A stretch of DNA of 63,173 nt, the filler included, from Reticulomyxa filosa (Eukaryota; Protista; Foraminifera), in assembly GCA_000512085.1 (NCBI GenBank). It is 13 parts of 13 records of this genome, joined end to end, with 100 filler letters (N's around TTAATTAATTAA, not from the genome) between each part and the next. Parts side by side here need not be neighbours in the genome. Positions count along the whole stretch, not along the records: positions 1 to 2,746 come from ASPP01021714.1; positions 2,847 to 9,616 come from ASPP01017839.1; positions 9,717 to 18,676 come from ASPP01001933.1; 10 more parts are not named here. One strand, given 5' to 3'. The notes below the pieces were generated by a model. That model ran no database searches and was not told the DNA's origin. It saw only the letters and a program-made list of their open reading frames with translations. Each line of letters starts with the position of its first letter. Positions within the stretch are counted from its first letter, which is position 1. This document shows, piece by piece, positions 1 through 11,441 of the stretch. The position numbers were made by a program, and so were the translations under genes.

Positions 1-1569
1 AAAAAAACAAAATAACAAACTTTTTGTATCGGAGCTAAAAGCTCAATTTCCAATATTCCTATATATATTTTTCTTTTGCAAGCGGAGGGGGACACATATA
101 TTTTTTTTGATGGGGGCATGCCTATTCAAAAAAACAAACATACTTTTTATTAAAAAATAAAAATAAATAAAAAAATACAAACTCTTTATTTTTTTTGAAT
201 GCAGGTGTGGCTTCAACCCCGATGTTTTTCTTTGAAGGGAGAGTACGTATAATTTATTTTTATTTTTTTTGTACAGAGGGCTGCTGCTGTAATTGATAAA
301 ACACACAAAGTCATTATGTCAAAAAAAAAATAAAAAAAAGAATATATCTAACAAACCATATTTTCTCCTTGAGGAGACGGGGGGCCTTACCCCATTTCTT
401 TTTTCTTTTATTGAAGGATGCACAACATCCGAATAAGAATGCCATTTTTTTTTCAAAGTGGACGGCTGTTGAAAAGCAAACCACTTTTTCTTTTAAGTTG
501 AAAAATTATAAAAAATAAAACAACAAGACATACCAGTTGCAGAGGGTGTAATCACCCTAATTACGAGCTAGTACGGTGAGAGAGACAACAAAAAAAAAAA
601 AGACCTTTTTTTCTTCATTAAGATGCAAACACAATTCATAAATGTTTATAAAAAATGATGCAAATTTGCAATTTTTTGGAATATTTTGACAAAAAAACTT
701 GAAAAAAAGAATTGTTAAAATTTTTGTAAGTATTTCGTTTGTGGTTCTACAATTGTGTTTGCAAAAATGGATTAATTAAAGATAATTGGAATTAAAATTT
801 TTTTTTTGGAATGAATCATTATTTTTCATTGAGTAATGGTTTTTCTGTTGAAGAGAAAAAGTTTTCCCTTTTTAGAAAAGCTTCTCTTGGATATTATGAA
901 TATGGTTTTGGCTCTTCTCTTCAAACAACCTAAAGCAAACTTCTACAACATGGAACTCGTTCTTGAGAGTTTCTTTACCAATGCTCTCCTTTGCAAAGTG
1001 CAACGCCGAAAAAGAAAGAAAATAATCAGTGTAAACCCAATAAACCTAAAACAACACTATTCGAAAAAAAGATGCTGTCATCGCGGCCAAAACAAATACT
1101 CTTTACTATTGTGGTCTCTTCTGACATTGGTAACATTCAGATTGACATGTACATTTATCTTCACAGTCAAGAGAGTACATCAATTTTTTTGTTGTTTCAT
1201 TCAATCTGTTTAGTAAGGTCATGTTTTTATGTATTTTTTTATCATTCTATTGTGACCAAACTCACTTCAAATCTAATACTTGAATTCCTTGACTATCCAG
1301 AACACTCTCGTTATCTTATAAAAAAGTATTCTGAAAAACAAGGCATTGGTAATGATTAAATTTGGGATGAAATTGAAAAGTTCCTTATCATCAATGGGAA
1401 AAATGTCTAATACTGAATACAAGAAAACAGAGAAAAAACCACAGGTAAAAATGTATACACAATCAACCCGATGATATTTGGCATGTACATCTTCAGCAGC
1501 ACAAAAAAAAAAGCGACTTGCTACTATTATGACAAAAATATTTAGATAAAATTATAATTTCTGAACATT

Positions 1570-1680
1570 CCAGGAGTGGGGATTGGATTGAAAAATATAA
1601 TTTTTTTTTTTACGTTGGAGCTACCTGATTCTATTGCAAATGGTGGCGATGGAAGATTTGGAGGATAAAGGTACATACAC
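1570..1680 (+). pseudogene. Possible CAP-Gly domain remnant
   Basis: Reads GVGIGL...ELPDSIANGGDGRFGG*RY, resembling the CAP-Gly core GxELD...G.NDG...G.RYF, with an in-frame stop. Confidence 0.3.
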
Positions 1681-2420
1681 TGAAAAGTTTTTGTTTTGAA
1701 AAGAGAAGAAGAGAAATGTTAATGTAGGATGTACAGAACGCTTCAAGAGTCAATTTCAAGATGCCATTTAAAAACTAAACGTCTATTGTATAATTGCAAC
1801 TTGTTTTGTCTTTTTTTTTTTTGGACAACTGATAATTGCAATGTCAAATGTAAATTCAATAAACACAAGATCCCTCTTTTGCTGTTCACAAGTGACATCT
1901 TTCTTTACATTCAATGACGTCTCATTTCCAACTTAGAGACGGACAGAGAGTAAAAAAAAAAAAAAGTAGACAAATTTATTTTTGTGGACAAAGAACAAAT
2001 AAATGAATACGTCATTCCAATGGCCATGTCTTAAAAATAATACGCGCATATTTAAGTTTGTGCACATAGAATACGACAAAATTCTCCAAGACAAACACTA
2101 TTTGAAATGTTTCGCTTTCAAAAAGCAAGATCTGATAAACTAGATGACTGTACATTATCTAAACAATATAAAGAGACAAGTGCACCTTGTGAGTGATGTT
2201 AATTGCTACTTTAAAATTGGCAGTTTCTCTCTCGTTTATTATTTATCGAATTAATAAAAAACCTAGTGGAACTTTATGAACACAGACCTTTCTTGAAAGA
2301 ATTATACCACAAAACAGGGGGGGGGGGTACCTTTCAACAAGAAAACTCGTTTGCTGCAAACACTGTGTTTAACTTGTCTTTAATTTGTTTTTTGCTACTT
2401 TAACGAATCACTCCTCAATC

Positions 2421-2720
2421 ATGGCACATGCAACTGAAGCAAAGCATGGGAAGCCCTTAGTTGCTATTACTGGTGCCTCTTCTGGCATCGGGGAAGCTTG
2501 TGCAAGATACTTTCACAAAGAGGGTCACCCTTTGTTGTTGCTGGCTCGCAGAGTGGAGAGAATGGAGAAAGAATTTGGAAAGCTGAAGAACGTCCTAATT
2601 GCAAAAGTGGACGTGACAAAGTACGACGAAATACATGCAGCCTTGGAAAAAGCAGAAAAGATATACGGTCCATGTGATTGCCTAATCAACAACGCCGGAG
2701 TATTGTTCGGTGATCCAGTG
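2421..2720 (+). CDS. Short-chain dehydrogenase/reductase (classical SDR), first exon; truncated by contig end
   Basis: ATG at 2421; TGASSGIG cofactor motif, LLARR, VDVT, LINNAG; GT donor at 2721 followed by poly-T. Confidence 0.9.
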
Positions 2721-2746
2721 GTACTTTTTTTTTTTTTTTTTAATAC

Positions 2747-2846
2747 NNNNNNNNNNNNNNNNNNNNNNNNNNNNNNNNNNNNNNNNNNNNTTAATTAATT
2801 AANNNNNNNNNNNNNNNNNNNNNNNNNNNNNNNNNNNNNNNNNNNN
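2747..2846. other. Artificial contig-joining linker (first of 12)
   Basis: 44 N + TTAATTAATTAA (stops in all six frames) + 44 N. Identical copies at 9617-9716, 18677-18776, 25983-26082, 28122-28221, 30315-30414, 32144-32243, 33823-33922, 36503-36602, 37699-37798, 53122-53221 and 61756-61855. Confidence 0.98.
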
Positions 2847-3003
2847 TTTTTTATCTTACTGTAAAAAAAAGGTTAATAAAACAAATAACAAAAATATTTA
2901 ACATTTATACAAAAAAAATCTTTAATTGGTAATCGCTGTAACACAACGTCCTTTCTTTGGCTGAGAGGTCAAAGTAAGTAAGTGTTTTGATAGTCATTGA
3001 ATA

Positions 3004-3087
3004 CAGTATGTTGCAAAGAAAACTGAACGCCTAAAACGATATCATATGATATCGTTTTATGCGTTCAGTTTTCTTTGCAACATACTG
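3004..3087. mobile_element. 84-bp palindromic MITE-like element (Tc1/mariner-type ends)
   Basis: CAGTATGTTGCAAAG...CTTTGCAACATACTG; 42-bp arms with one mismatch and no spacer, flanked by TA at 3002-3003 and 3088-3089. Confidence 0.7.
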
Positions 3088-3278
3088 TATTTTGTTGAAT
3101 ATCTGAAGAAAAGTCAAAGACTTGCAGTCAAAAAAAAGTTGAAAGAATCATGATTACTTTCATTCTAATATTTTTTTTAATCGAATAAATAAGAATGAAT
3201 TATATGATGTTAATTTGTTTGAAACAATTGATTTTTTTTTCAAGTTAACAGCATGTAATTTTTAATACCAAAAACAAT

Positions 3279-4536
3279 TTAATTATTTATAAGTCTATTA
3301 AATGGTTTTGGATTAATATTTTATATATCATTTGAAGATAATATAATACCATAAATTGCAATTATTCCTTCTCCACCTTTATTAATTGAATATTGATTTC
3401 CTCCAATACATGTTATATTTCCAAAATATTGTTCTAGCATATTTTGGTAATGATTATGTTGAGAATTACATTGCAATTCAATTAATATTGATTCTCCACT
3501 TCCACCACCATTACTACAGCTACTTCCATTTCCTCCATTAGATTGAATTGAACCATAATTAATTAATTGTTGTCCTATTATTAATCAATTATTCCACCAC
3601 CACTCCCTCCAATATTTTTATTTTGATTAATATCTTTTTCTTTTTCAAAATAATCACCTCCACCACTTCCAAAATGAATTTGCTTTAATAATTTTTCTTC
3701 TCCATATATTTCTCCATAAATGACTTGTTCTAATTTTTAAATATCCAAATTTTTCTTTATTATTATCAACAGTTAATATAATATTTTCACCAAGTAAAAA
3801 TATTCCAAAATTATAATTATTCCATTCATTATTTTTTAATTTCATTATTTGTGTATTTTCATTTAGTAATAAAAAATCTATTCCATTTTTTAAACTTGAA
3901 ATTTCAATAAATGATAACATATTTTCACAATTTTTATTTTCTTTTTTGATAATTCCATTTTTAATTCGTTTATTTGTTTATCTTTTTTTTCGATTTGTAA
4001 TTGTAAATCTTTAATAGTATTTTTTAATTCATTTAATTCGTTCAATTCATTTGTTTGTTTAAATGTAATTAATTTGCAATATTTGTCTAAATGATCTATC
4101 AAATTTTTTATTTTAATTTTATTATTACAACTATTATTTAAATTCCAATTTATATCTCCTTTTATATCAAATTGTCTAGGACAAATTACTAATAATTCAG
4201 ATACAAAATTTCTTAAAAATTTATTCTTAGAAAATTCGCAATAAGCGTGTTGTTTAATTGGACATTTTCCATTATTTTGTTTTAAATATTCTTTTAAACA
4301 TTCTTCTCCAGCCAAATAAATTTTATCTGAATCCTCGTATTCATTACAATGAATTCCATTGCATTATTTACAATTCGATTACAAATACAACAGGTTATGT
4401 TATCTAAGGTTTGTAAATCAATTGTTAATGAAAGCCAAGCTTTAGCATAACATGAAGAAAAAGAAAAAAAAAAGTCCTGGTTCTCTTCTCCTTCTTTTCC
4501 TTCTCTTGCCTCTTTTTCGGACAATGGCGTTGACAT
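3279..4536 (-). pseudogene. RING-like/TRAF-type zinc finger + coiled coil + Gly-rich C-terminal domain gene, frameshifted
   Basis: CCICNRIVNNAME..GEECLKEYLKQNNGKCPIKQH..VICPRQF..HLDKYC, then a coiled coil, then YGEEKLLKQIHFGSGGG..GGSGGGII..INYGSIQSNGGNG..GGGSGESILIEL..ITCIGG..GGEGIIAIYG. Pieces lie in different frames. N-terminal part is paralogous to 34872-35453. Confidence 0.75.
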
Positions 4537-4749
4537 TACTTTAAAAGTTTTTTTTAACTTTGAAAAAAAACTAACCCCAACCAATAAAACAAATTTATTA
4601 ATTTTTCAATTAATAAATTATATAAATATATTTCAAAAATAATAAACAGATTAAAAAGTTTTTGGAGAAAAGGGATTTAGGATTTAGTTGAGCCTTGTCA
4701 ACAATCAGTATGAATTTTTTGTGTTGAAAATACTTACCAATCTAACTTA

Positions 4750-5050
4750 GCCGTTGATGCGATATGACAAATTGCAAACAAAACTTAAAATTGAAAATTG
4801 TATCTTCATCATATTTAGTTGATAGTCCTGTTTACAAAATTGCGGAATTTCATTATTTTTTTAATTTTTCATCATTTTTTGTTGTTGTCCATTTTCTGTC
4901 TTTGATACAAACTAATGAAATCATATATTATCAGTTTTAATTACCGTGTTTAATAAATTGAAGTGTATTTAAATCAAACACGAATATTATTAATAAAATA
5001 ACAAATGATTGTTGCTTCCATAAATCACTGCACGCCTCCAACATAAGGAT
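4750..5050 (-). pseudogene. Kelch-family remnant
   Basis: RAVIYGSNNHLLFI..VFDLNTLQFIKH..FVSKTENGQ..TGLSTKYDED matches the intact Kelch ORF 12397-13581; contains stops and indels. Confidence 0.75.
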
Positions 5051-5436
5051 CATTATCTAAATAAAAAAAACCATAACAGCTTTTTTATGATTTTCTAAAT
5101 TTTTGTTAAAAATAATACATTTTTGGATTCTTTACGATACGTGGATGTTATTTAAAAAAAGATTTCAAATAATATTGATTTTTCATGAATAAACTCATGA
5201 ATGTTCATAGGGGTTTATGTTAGGACGATCTTTTTTTTAGCTGTTGATTGCATTTAAAAGTGGAAAAGTGGCTGTTTCAACAAAAAAGTTCAATTCAAGG
5301 TCGGTACAGCACCGTGAAGAAAGCACTTCATGTTAAAATCCAAATTTGTCCATTACGAGGCAACAAATAAAAAAAAGCAAACAAACACCAATCTATGAAG
5401 TAAATAAATTCTGTCTTTTCACTCGTCCACTTGTAT

Positions 5437-6800
5437 TCATCCCCAAACACGAATTGGACCATTGTATGAACCATAACATAGATTAATACCACAATTATTT
5501 ATTTTTTCATTATTTCTTCCTTTCTTTTTTAATAATAGAAATTTAAAACACGATATTCCATTATCCTCCGTCTTGTCTCCATCAATCATATACAATTCTT
5601 TTTTATTTGATCGAATATCCCAAAAACGAATTGTACTATCTGCTGATCCAGAACATATTATATTTGAATTACAATTAGCTTCGATATTATTTACTATAAA
5701 TGGTGAATATTCCACAGCCCACACAGTATTTGTATGTCCATTGAACACTTGAGTTTGTTGACCAGATCGAATATCCCATAAACGAACACTCTTATCATGT
5801 GATCCAGATAATATTGTATTCACTAATTCATTTGATCCATATTTTACACTCATCACAAAATTTTCATGTCCTTTGATTAAAAGTAATTGTTTAGTTGTTT
5901 CAATATCACATATTCGAATAGTACGATCATATGACCCAGAACAAATTGTATATCCATTTCCACCAATCAAATTAATAATATTATTTTTATCGTCATTATT
6001 GTTCTTTTTATTGTTATTGCTTTGTAATGGTGAAATATCAACACTCCGAACACAATGTTTATGTTCACCGAAAATATGCAACAATTTGGATGTTTCAACA
6101 TCCCATAATCGAATTGTTTTATCAAATGATCCAGAACATAAGTATCGACCATTATTAAATGATGAAAATTCAATTCCACCAATCCAACCTGTGTGTCCAT
6201 CCAATACTTGCAATTGTTGATCATTTTTGAAATCCCAAAAACGAATGGTTTTATCTTTTGATGAAAAGCAAATAACATTAAGACGATAATTGTAATAATA
6301 ATATTGTGAAAATTTCACACAAATAACAATATTTGAATGTCCATCGAATGATTGAATTTGTTTATTGTTGTCAACATCCCATACACGAATTGTTTTATCA
6401 TGTGACCCAGAACAAATGAATTGATCATCACCAAATGTTGAGTAATCGATACTCCACACATTTCCAGTGTGTCCAGCGAATGTATTGAGTAATTTGGATG
6501 ATAAACGAAACACGTCAAGCATGAAGAACTTACGTACCTGTGTTATGAACAAGTATACATTTGTAATTAAATGAAAATAAAAATAAAAAAACATAACATA
6601 ATTGACAACAAGTTTGTCAAAATCATGGATCCATCCTAATTTAATATTTAATATTCGAATCCAGTGTTGGGTAATTATTTGAATCTCTTCTTCTAACTGG
6701 TTCAATCATAAATACGATAAACACGGTAAAAGTTTTGAAAGATTGGAATGAAGTTTACCAATGGTGTTGAAGTTTGTTTTTCATTGCTATGTGTGGCCAT
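5437..6800 (-). CDS. WD40-repeat protein with N-terminal 33-aa cassette exon; exons 6800-6759, 6696-6598, 6537-5437
   Basis: About seven GH...WD repeats. ATG at 6800 (MATHSNEKQTSTPL). Phase-0 GT-AG introns at 6758-6697 and 6597-6538; the second is 60 nt, stop-free, and is read through by the ORF track. Confidence 0.88.
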
Positions 6801-8974
6801 TCTTTATTTTTTCTTTTTGGGCTAGTTTCGGATAATTAAGATGAAAAAATGATTGAAATTTTTTCTCTCAAGACCAAGAAGGGGCTGTCAAATATATATT
6901 AAAAAAAATAAAACTCAACAATGTTTGTAGTTTCTAATGTGTCGAAAATAATAAACCAATTTTCTCATTGAAGCAAGGAATCCAAAGTTTTATTCTTAAA
7001 TCTTGGCATACGCAAAATGGCGCACGGTCCATTGGATTAAACAGTATACAACACTATTTTATAATACTCAGCAAAGTCCAATCTTTACATAATGTTGTTG
7101 TCAACAAATTGTTATTGTTTCAGCTCATTCTTATCCAAACAAAAATTCTTTGAAATATTTTTTATAAAATAATATCTTTTAAACTCCAAAAGTTTAGGCA
7201 AGGATACTATTGATTTGATTTCTTTTGTTTGAATTAATTAGCAGTTGTAATTGTAGATAAACAAGAGAATTTTTTTGTAGTCTTTGCACCAAAAAAAAAT
7301 GGCGTCTGCAAAATTTCTTGTAACTTGTCTTAATCTGGCATAAATTAGTTTTTTTTATTATATTTTTCTGTAAGCAAGCAAGTTATGAGATGCAATTTAT
7401 AGTTATATGGTAATACAACGCGAAGCTATTCGAGCAGAAAGTGTTGCGGACAACTGCGCTGTGCATATAGTTTCAGCAGCTTAACAATGCGGGTGTAGGA
7501 AGATTGAGGTAGCACCAAGTGTAATAAGAAAGTAATTACTGAAAGGTGTTTTCAAAAGCAAACAAAAGTAGTTAATAATTCAAGATAAACAACGCAAGAC
7601 AAGAAATAAGAAAACAGAAAAGTGAGAGAAGAAAGACAGTGAAGGTTGTTGAGGAAAAAAGGGTTCCCTCGTTCATATTAAGCTTCTACTGTAATTAGTA
7701 GGGCATTGCACTACACGGGTATGACTCAAACGCTTTTGTTCAAGCGAACTGTACTGTTACACAATACTTCTTGCATAAATCGATTGTTGTGACTGGACAC
7801 ATCGCATGTCTTTCTACAACCGCGATTGCGTCACCCCTCTCAATCATGAGTTATGCTTTCGAAAAGAAATGGCTTATCTTCGTTTTAGAAGCGTCTTGAT
7901 CTTGGAATAAACGATGTGCACTTTAATTATACGTGCGCCAGATTGTCTCTTTGCATAGAGATATGGTGTGTTTTGAGCACATCGGATGTGACCACTTTAA
8001 CAAATAGCAAACCATCATGAATAGTATTGTCATAATTTCAATAGCTTATTCCTTTATTTCTGAAAAAGAAATAAATTAACAATGATAAATTTCTTCAATT
8101 CATTTAATATTGTAGCTATTTCGTCATTAAAATGAATTGAGTGTAATTATTGAGAATATAGTATTGCAGAAAAAGCTTAACACTTAAAATGCCACCTTAT
8201 ATGATTACCAATTTTCACCATAAAAACAACATTAAACTTATTTTTTTTTATCTTAAAAAAATATCTACAAATATTGTAGTTTCAAAATATGAAATTGGTT
8301 TTATAATAACTTTTTTCAGGGCGGATAAAATATATTTTCATATGATTTTTGAAAATTTTGCAAAAATGCATCTAAATCGTGCTTGTATTAACACCAGAGT
8401 TGCTTTCTTTTTTGGGAAACTTCAAGTCACATATACTCTTTAAAAAAGTATTGTTAAGTATTTATTTTTAAGATAAAATTGATCATCTTCATAATTGGCA
8501 TTTTATGTATTTAGTTTTTTCTGTAGCATACTTCATTAAATGTATTAAAATAAACTTTCACAGTATGTCCAAAAGAAAAAGACAATAAGAATATTGTAAG
8601 AAATTTGGAGAATGCGCAATTGCGCTAAAATAGTTTTATTTTAACTTTTTTATGAAGGGTAATATACACAATATAAATACTAATGCATTGCACAAAAAAT
8701 ATAAAAAATTAAACATTAATTTTAGACAATATCTTTGTGTAATTACACTCCAAGAACAAAATAGTTTTAATTAAAATTATGTGCCGGCATATGAGATACA
8801 TTATTAAGACGTGAAAGCCGACGTCAAATATTTTCTGAAGTATACCACTCAAAATTAATCAAAAATTTACAAAAGTTATAAATAGTTTTGAGATTTACTT
8901 TACATTTTGCCGTTTCTAAAAGTTGGTACAACGCCCAAGTTTGGGTATTCGCAAAAAGTTTCCAGATTGTCTTC

Positions 8975-9612
8975 ATGTATAAAATTGATCCTTATAACAC
9001 TGAAGTTACAGAAGGAGATGTGGTCCTTCTTTCTTCACAAGCCATTGGCATTATCAGAGTAAGTGAGGAACTGTTCATTTTGGATTGCTTTTTTTTTTAG
9101 TGTGAAAAACAGTAACAAAAAAGGAAGGAACTTTTGTTCGTTGCGTCATAGACTGTTCTTGAAACTGCACAATTGGTGGGCATTGAATTGACAGATCCAT
9201 TAGGAAATAGTGATGGGAGTTAAGATGAGGGAGGGGAAAAAAAGAGGTTTTTTGTGTGTTGGGTTTTGTTTGGTATGGTTGTGAACAAGGGGAAAAAAAT
9301 AAAAGAAAAGGTTATAATGGCATTGTGTATTTTCATTGCAAGCCAAAATGTGGAATATTTGTTCGTTCAAATGAGATTGTTCGTTTGATAACTCCCGAGG
9401 AATTGTTGAAAAAGATTATTTTGCTTAACCGTCAAATGGCACAGCTGCATCAAGCCAACCCAAACACAACTTCCATGGACAACACGATCCAAAAGGATAG
9501 CATTGATGTAGCCCTCGAGCAAAAGATGACAGATATGCAAAAAGAAGTTGAAAATCTGCAAGCTCAAGTCCGAAAAGTTTGGTCCAGTCCACTTCCGAGA
9601 TATTTTTTTTAA
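8975..9612 (+). CDS. CAP-Gly domain + coiled-coil protein, 5' exons; truncated
   Basis: GDVVLL...GIIR / LVGIELTDPLGNSDGS / YNGIVYFHCKPKCGIFVR across three exons, followed by a heptad-rich segment. Confidence 0.82.
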
Positions 9613-10047
9613 AAAANNNNNNNNNNNNNNNNNNNNNNNNNNNNNNNNNNNNNNNNNNNNTTAATTAATTAANNNNNNNNNNNNNNNNNNNNNNNNNNNN
9701 NNNNNNNNNNNNNNNNAAAAACTTTTTGGTTTTCAAAAAAGGACATAGACTTCTAACAATTGAAATATGGAATATACAAAGAGATTCTTAGAAAAATGGA
9801 AAGACACAAAGATTTTAGAGATAATAAAAATTGTTTGTGAAACAACATAGTGGAATATTTTGATATTAATTTTTTGATTTGAGTAAATAAAAATCAGTTT
9901 TAAGTATTCTTGTTAAATACATGTATTTTCCTCAAACCTTTTATTAAAAAAAGGTTACGCTAAATATTGTCGTCACTTTCAAACACATGATAAAATTTTT
10001 TAAATGAATTGCAAACATTTTCAATTTTTCAAAATAAAACTATGTTT

Positions 10048-10235
10048 GAGACATCATTCCATCTTCATATAAAAATTTTTTGAAGAGAATTTTCAATTTG
10101 TAATACCCTATAAAAGGAACAATAGTTTTATTGCATGCTTATCCAAATATTCCTTATTTTTTGTTGATTTTTAAAATTAAGCTATATCTCATTTGTTTTT
10201 TTTTGACATGAACAACCAACACGTATTTGAGTTTT
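10048..10235. repeat. Dispersed repeat, copy 1
   Basis: Shares CCATCTTC..ATAAA..TTTTTGAAGAGAATTTTCAATTTG..AAAAGGAA..CAAATATTCCTT..TTTTTG..ACGTATTTGAGT with 19540-19695 on another contig. Confidence 0.7.
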
Positions 10236-10489
10236 GAATAATCAATGGATTATTACTTAATGCAATCACGCATGTCAAATAGCGTCAAGTTACCTTTTAT
10301 TTCATGTAGATTTAACCATTCCTTTTATAAGAAAAAAATTAATTAATATTTAATAGTTGTAAAAATTCACAAAATAGAAGTAAAAAAGCTTAAAATTTTG
10401 TCACCAGTTTAGATGACAAATCCTCTTTGAAATAATTTCAAACATCATGACGTCATAGGTAAATACTGTTTTCATGCTTGGTTCGTTTC

Positions 10490-10736
10490 TTTCATCGTCC
10501 AAATTATGTTTGTGTGAAATTTTCATCATATCATTATCACATCAAAATGTCCTTTGTTCTTCACCAAGTGACAAAACCATTTTTTTGAGATTTCAAAAAT
10601 AATCAACAATTACAAATATTCAATGGACACATTGGTAGTATTTATGATATTGAATTTTCATCATTTAATGGTGGTTGATATTTGTGTGAATTTGTGTTAT
10701 GGTTTAAGCAATGGTTTAATTTGTGTTTGGGAATGA
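10490..10736 (+). pseudogene. Internally deleted WD40 remnant
   Basis: QNVLCSSPSDKTI..DFKNNQQLQIFNGHIGSIYDIEFSSFNGG*YLC joined directly to NLCYGLSNGLICVWE*. Confidence 0.8.
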
Positions 10737-11441
10737 ACACATTGATAAAAGTTTGTTTTAAATGAATTTGTTTTTAAGTCATTGACATTAAGTAAAAAGG
10801 GAACTAATTATTTTTTATGCTTGTTTGACAATCAATGCTAGCATCCAAGTATTATGTCTGGTAGATGTTTCAAGTAATTCGGATGATGACAAAAATGAAT
10901 GAAGCACGAAAATATTTAAACATTCTGATTGCAATTAATGTCACTTTAAAGTAGAATTTTAAAAAATTATTTATTAAAAATGTTTTGAAAAGACTCTAAA
11001 AACAGTTTTCAATTTTTTTGGGTTTTGAAAACAATTTGACACAAATAAAAAGTGTAGTCGAAGGTGCTCTTTTAAACTTTGAATGTATTTGTTCCTTGTT
11101 ATTGTAAAATCTTTAAAATAGTTCTATAAAATACAAGCTGTATAATTTGGGAAATTTTCAAACAAAAATTTTCTTTTTCTCTTTGTTTCATAATTAAAAT
11201 ATAGAAGTATATAAATAATTCGAACACTTGTTAAAATTTCTGTGAAAATAACACTTTTTTTAAAGATAGTTCTGTTGCTTTTGAAGATTAAATACGTGAG
11301 ATTTGTGATAGATTCTAGTTCGTGAGATAAGACAAAAATATAGAAAATACGTCCATCATAAAAAAGTTGTACTACAAAAGGAATATAAGAAAAAAAATCC
11401 ATTTACTTTTATTTAAAAAATATATTATTTATTAGTATAAA

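Noticed and set aside
836-1359. Two overlapping ~120-aa ORFs
   Set aside because: F/K/L-rich composition typical of AT-rich non-coding or decayed DNA; no recognisable motif.
5873-6518. Short overlapping and antisense ORFs within WD40 genes (also 11590-12036, 16595-16849)
   Set aside because: Shadow frames of the real repeat-protein genes.
7400-8050. Slightly GC-richer stretch that might be coding
   Set aside because: Stops in all frames and no family recognised.
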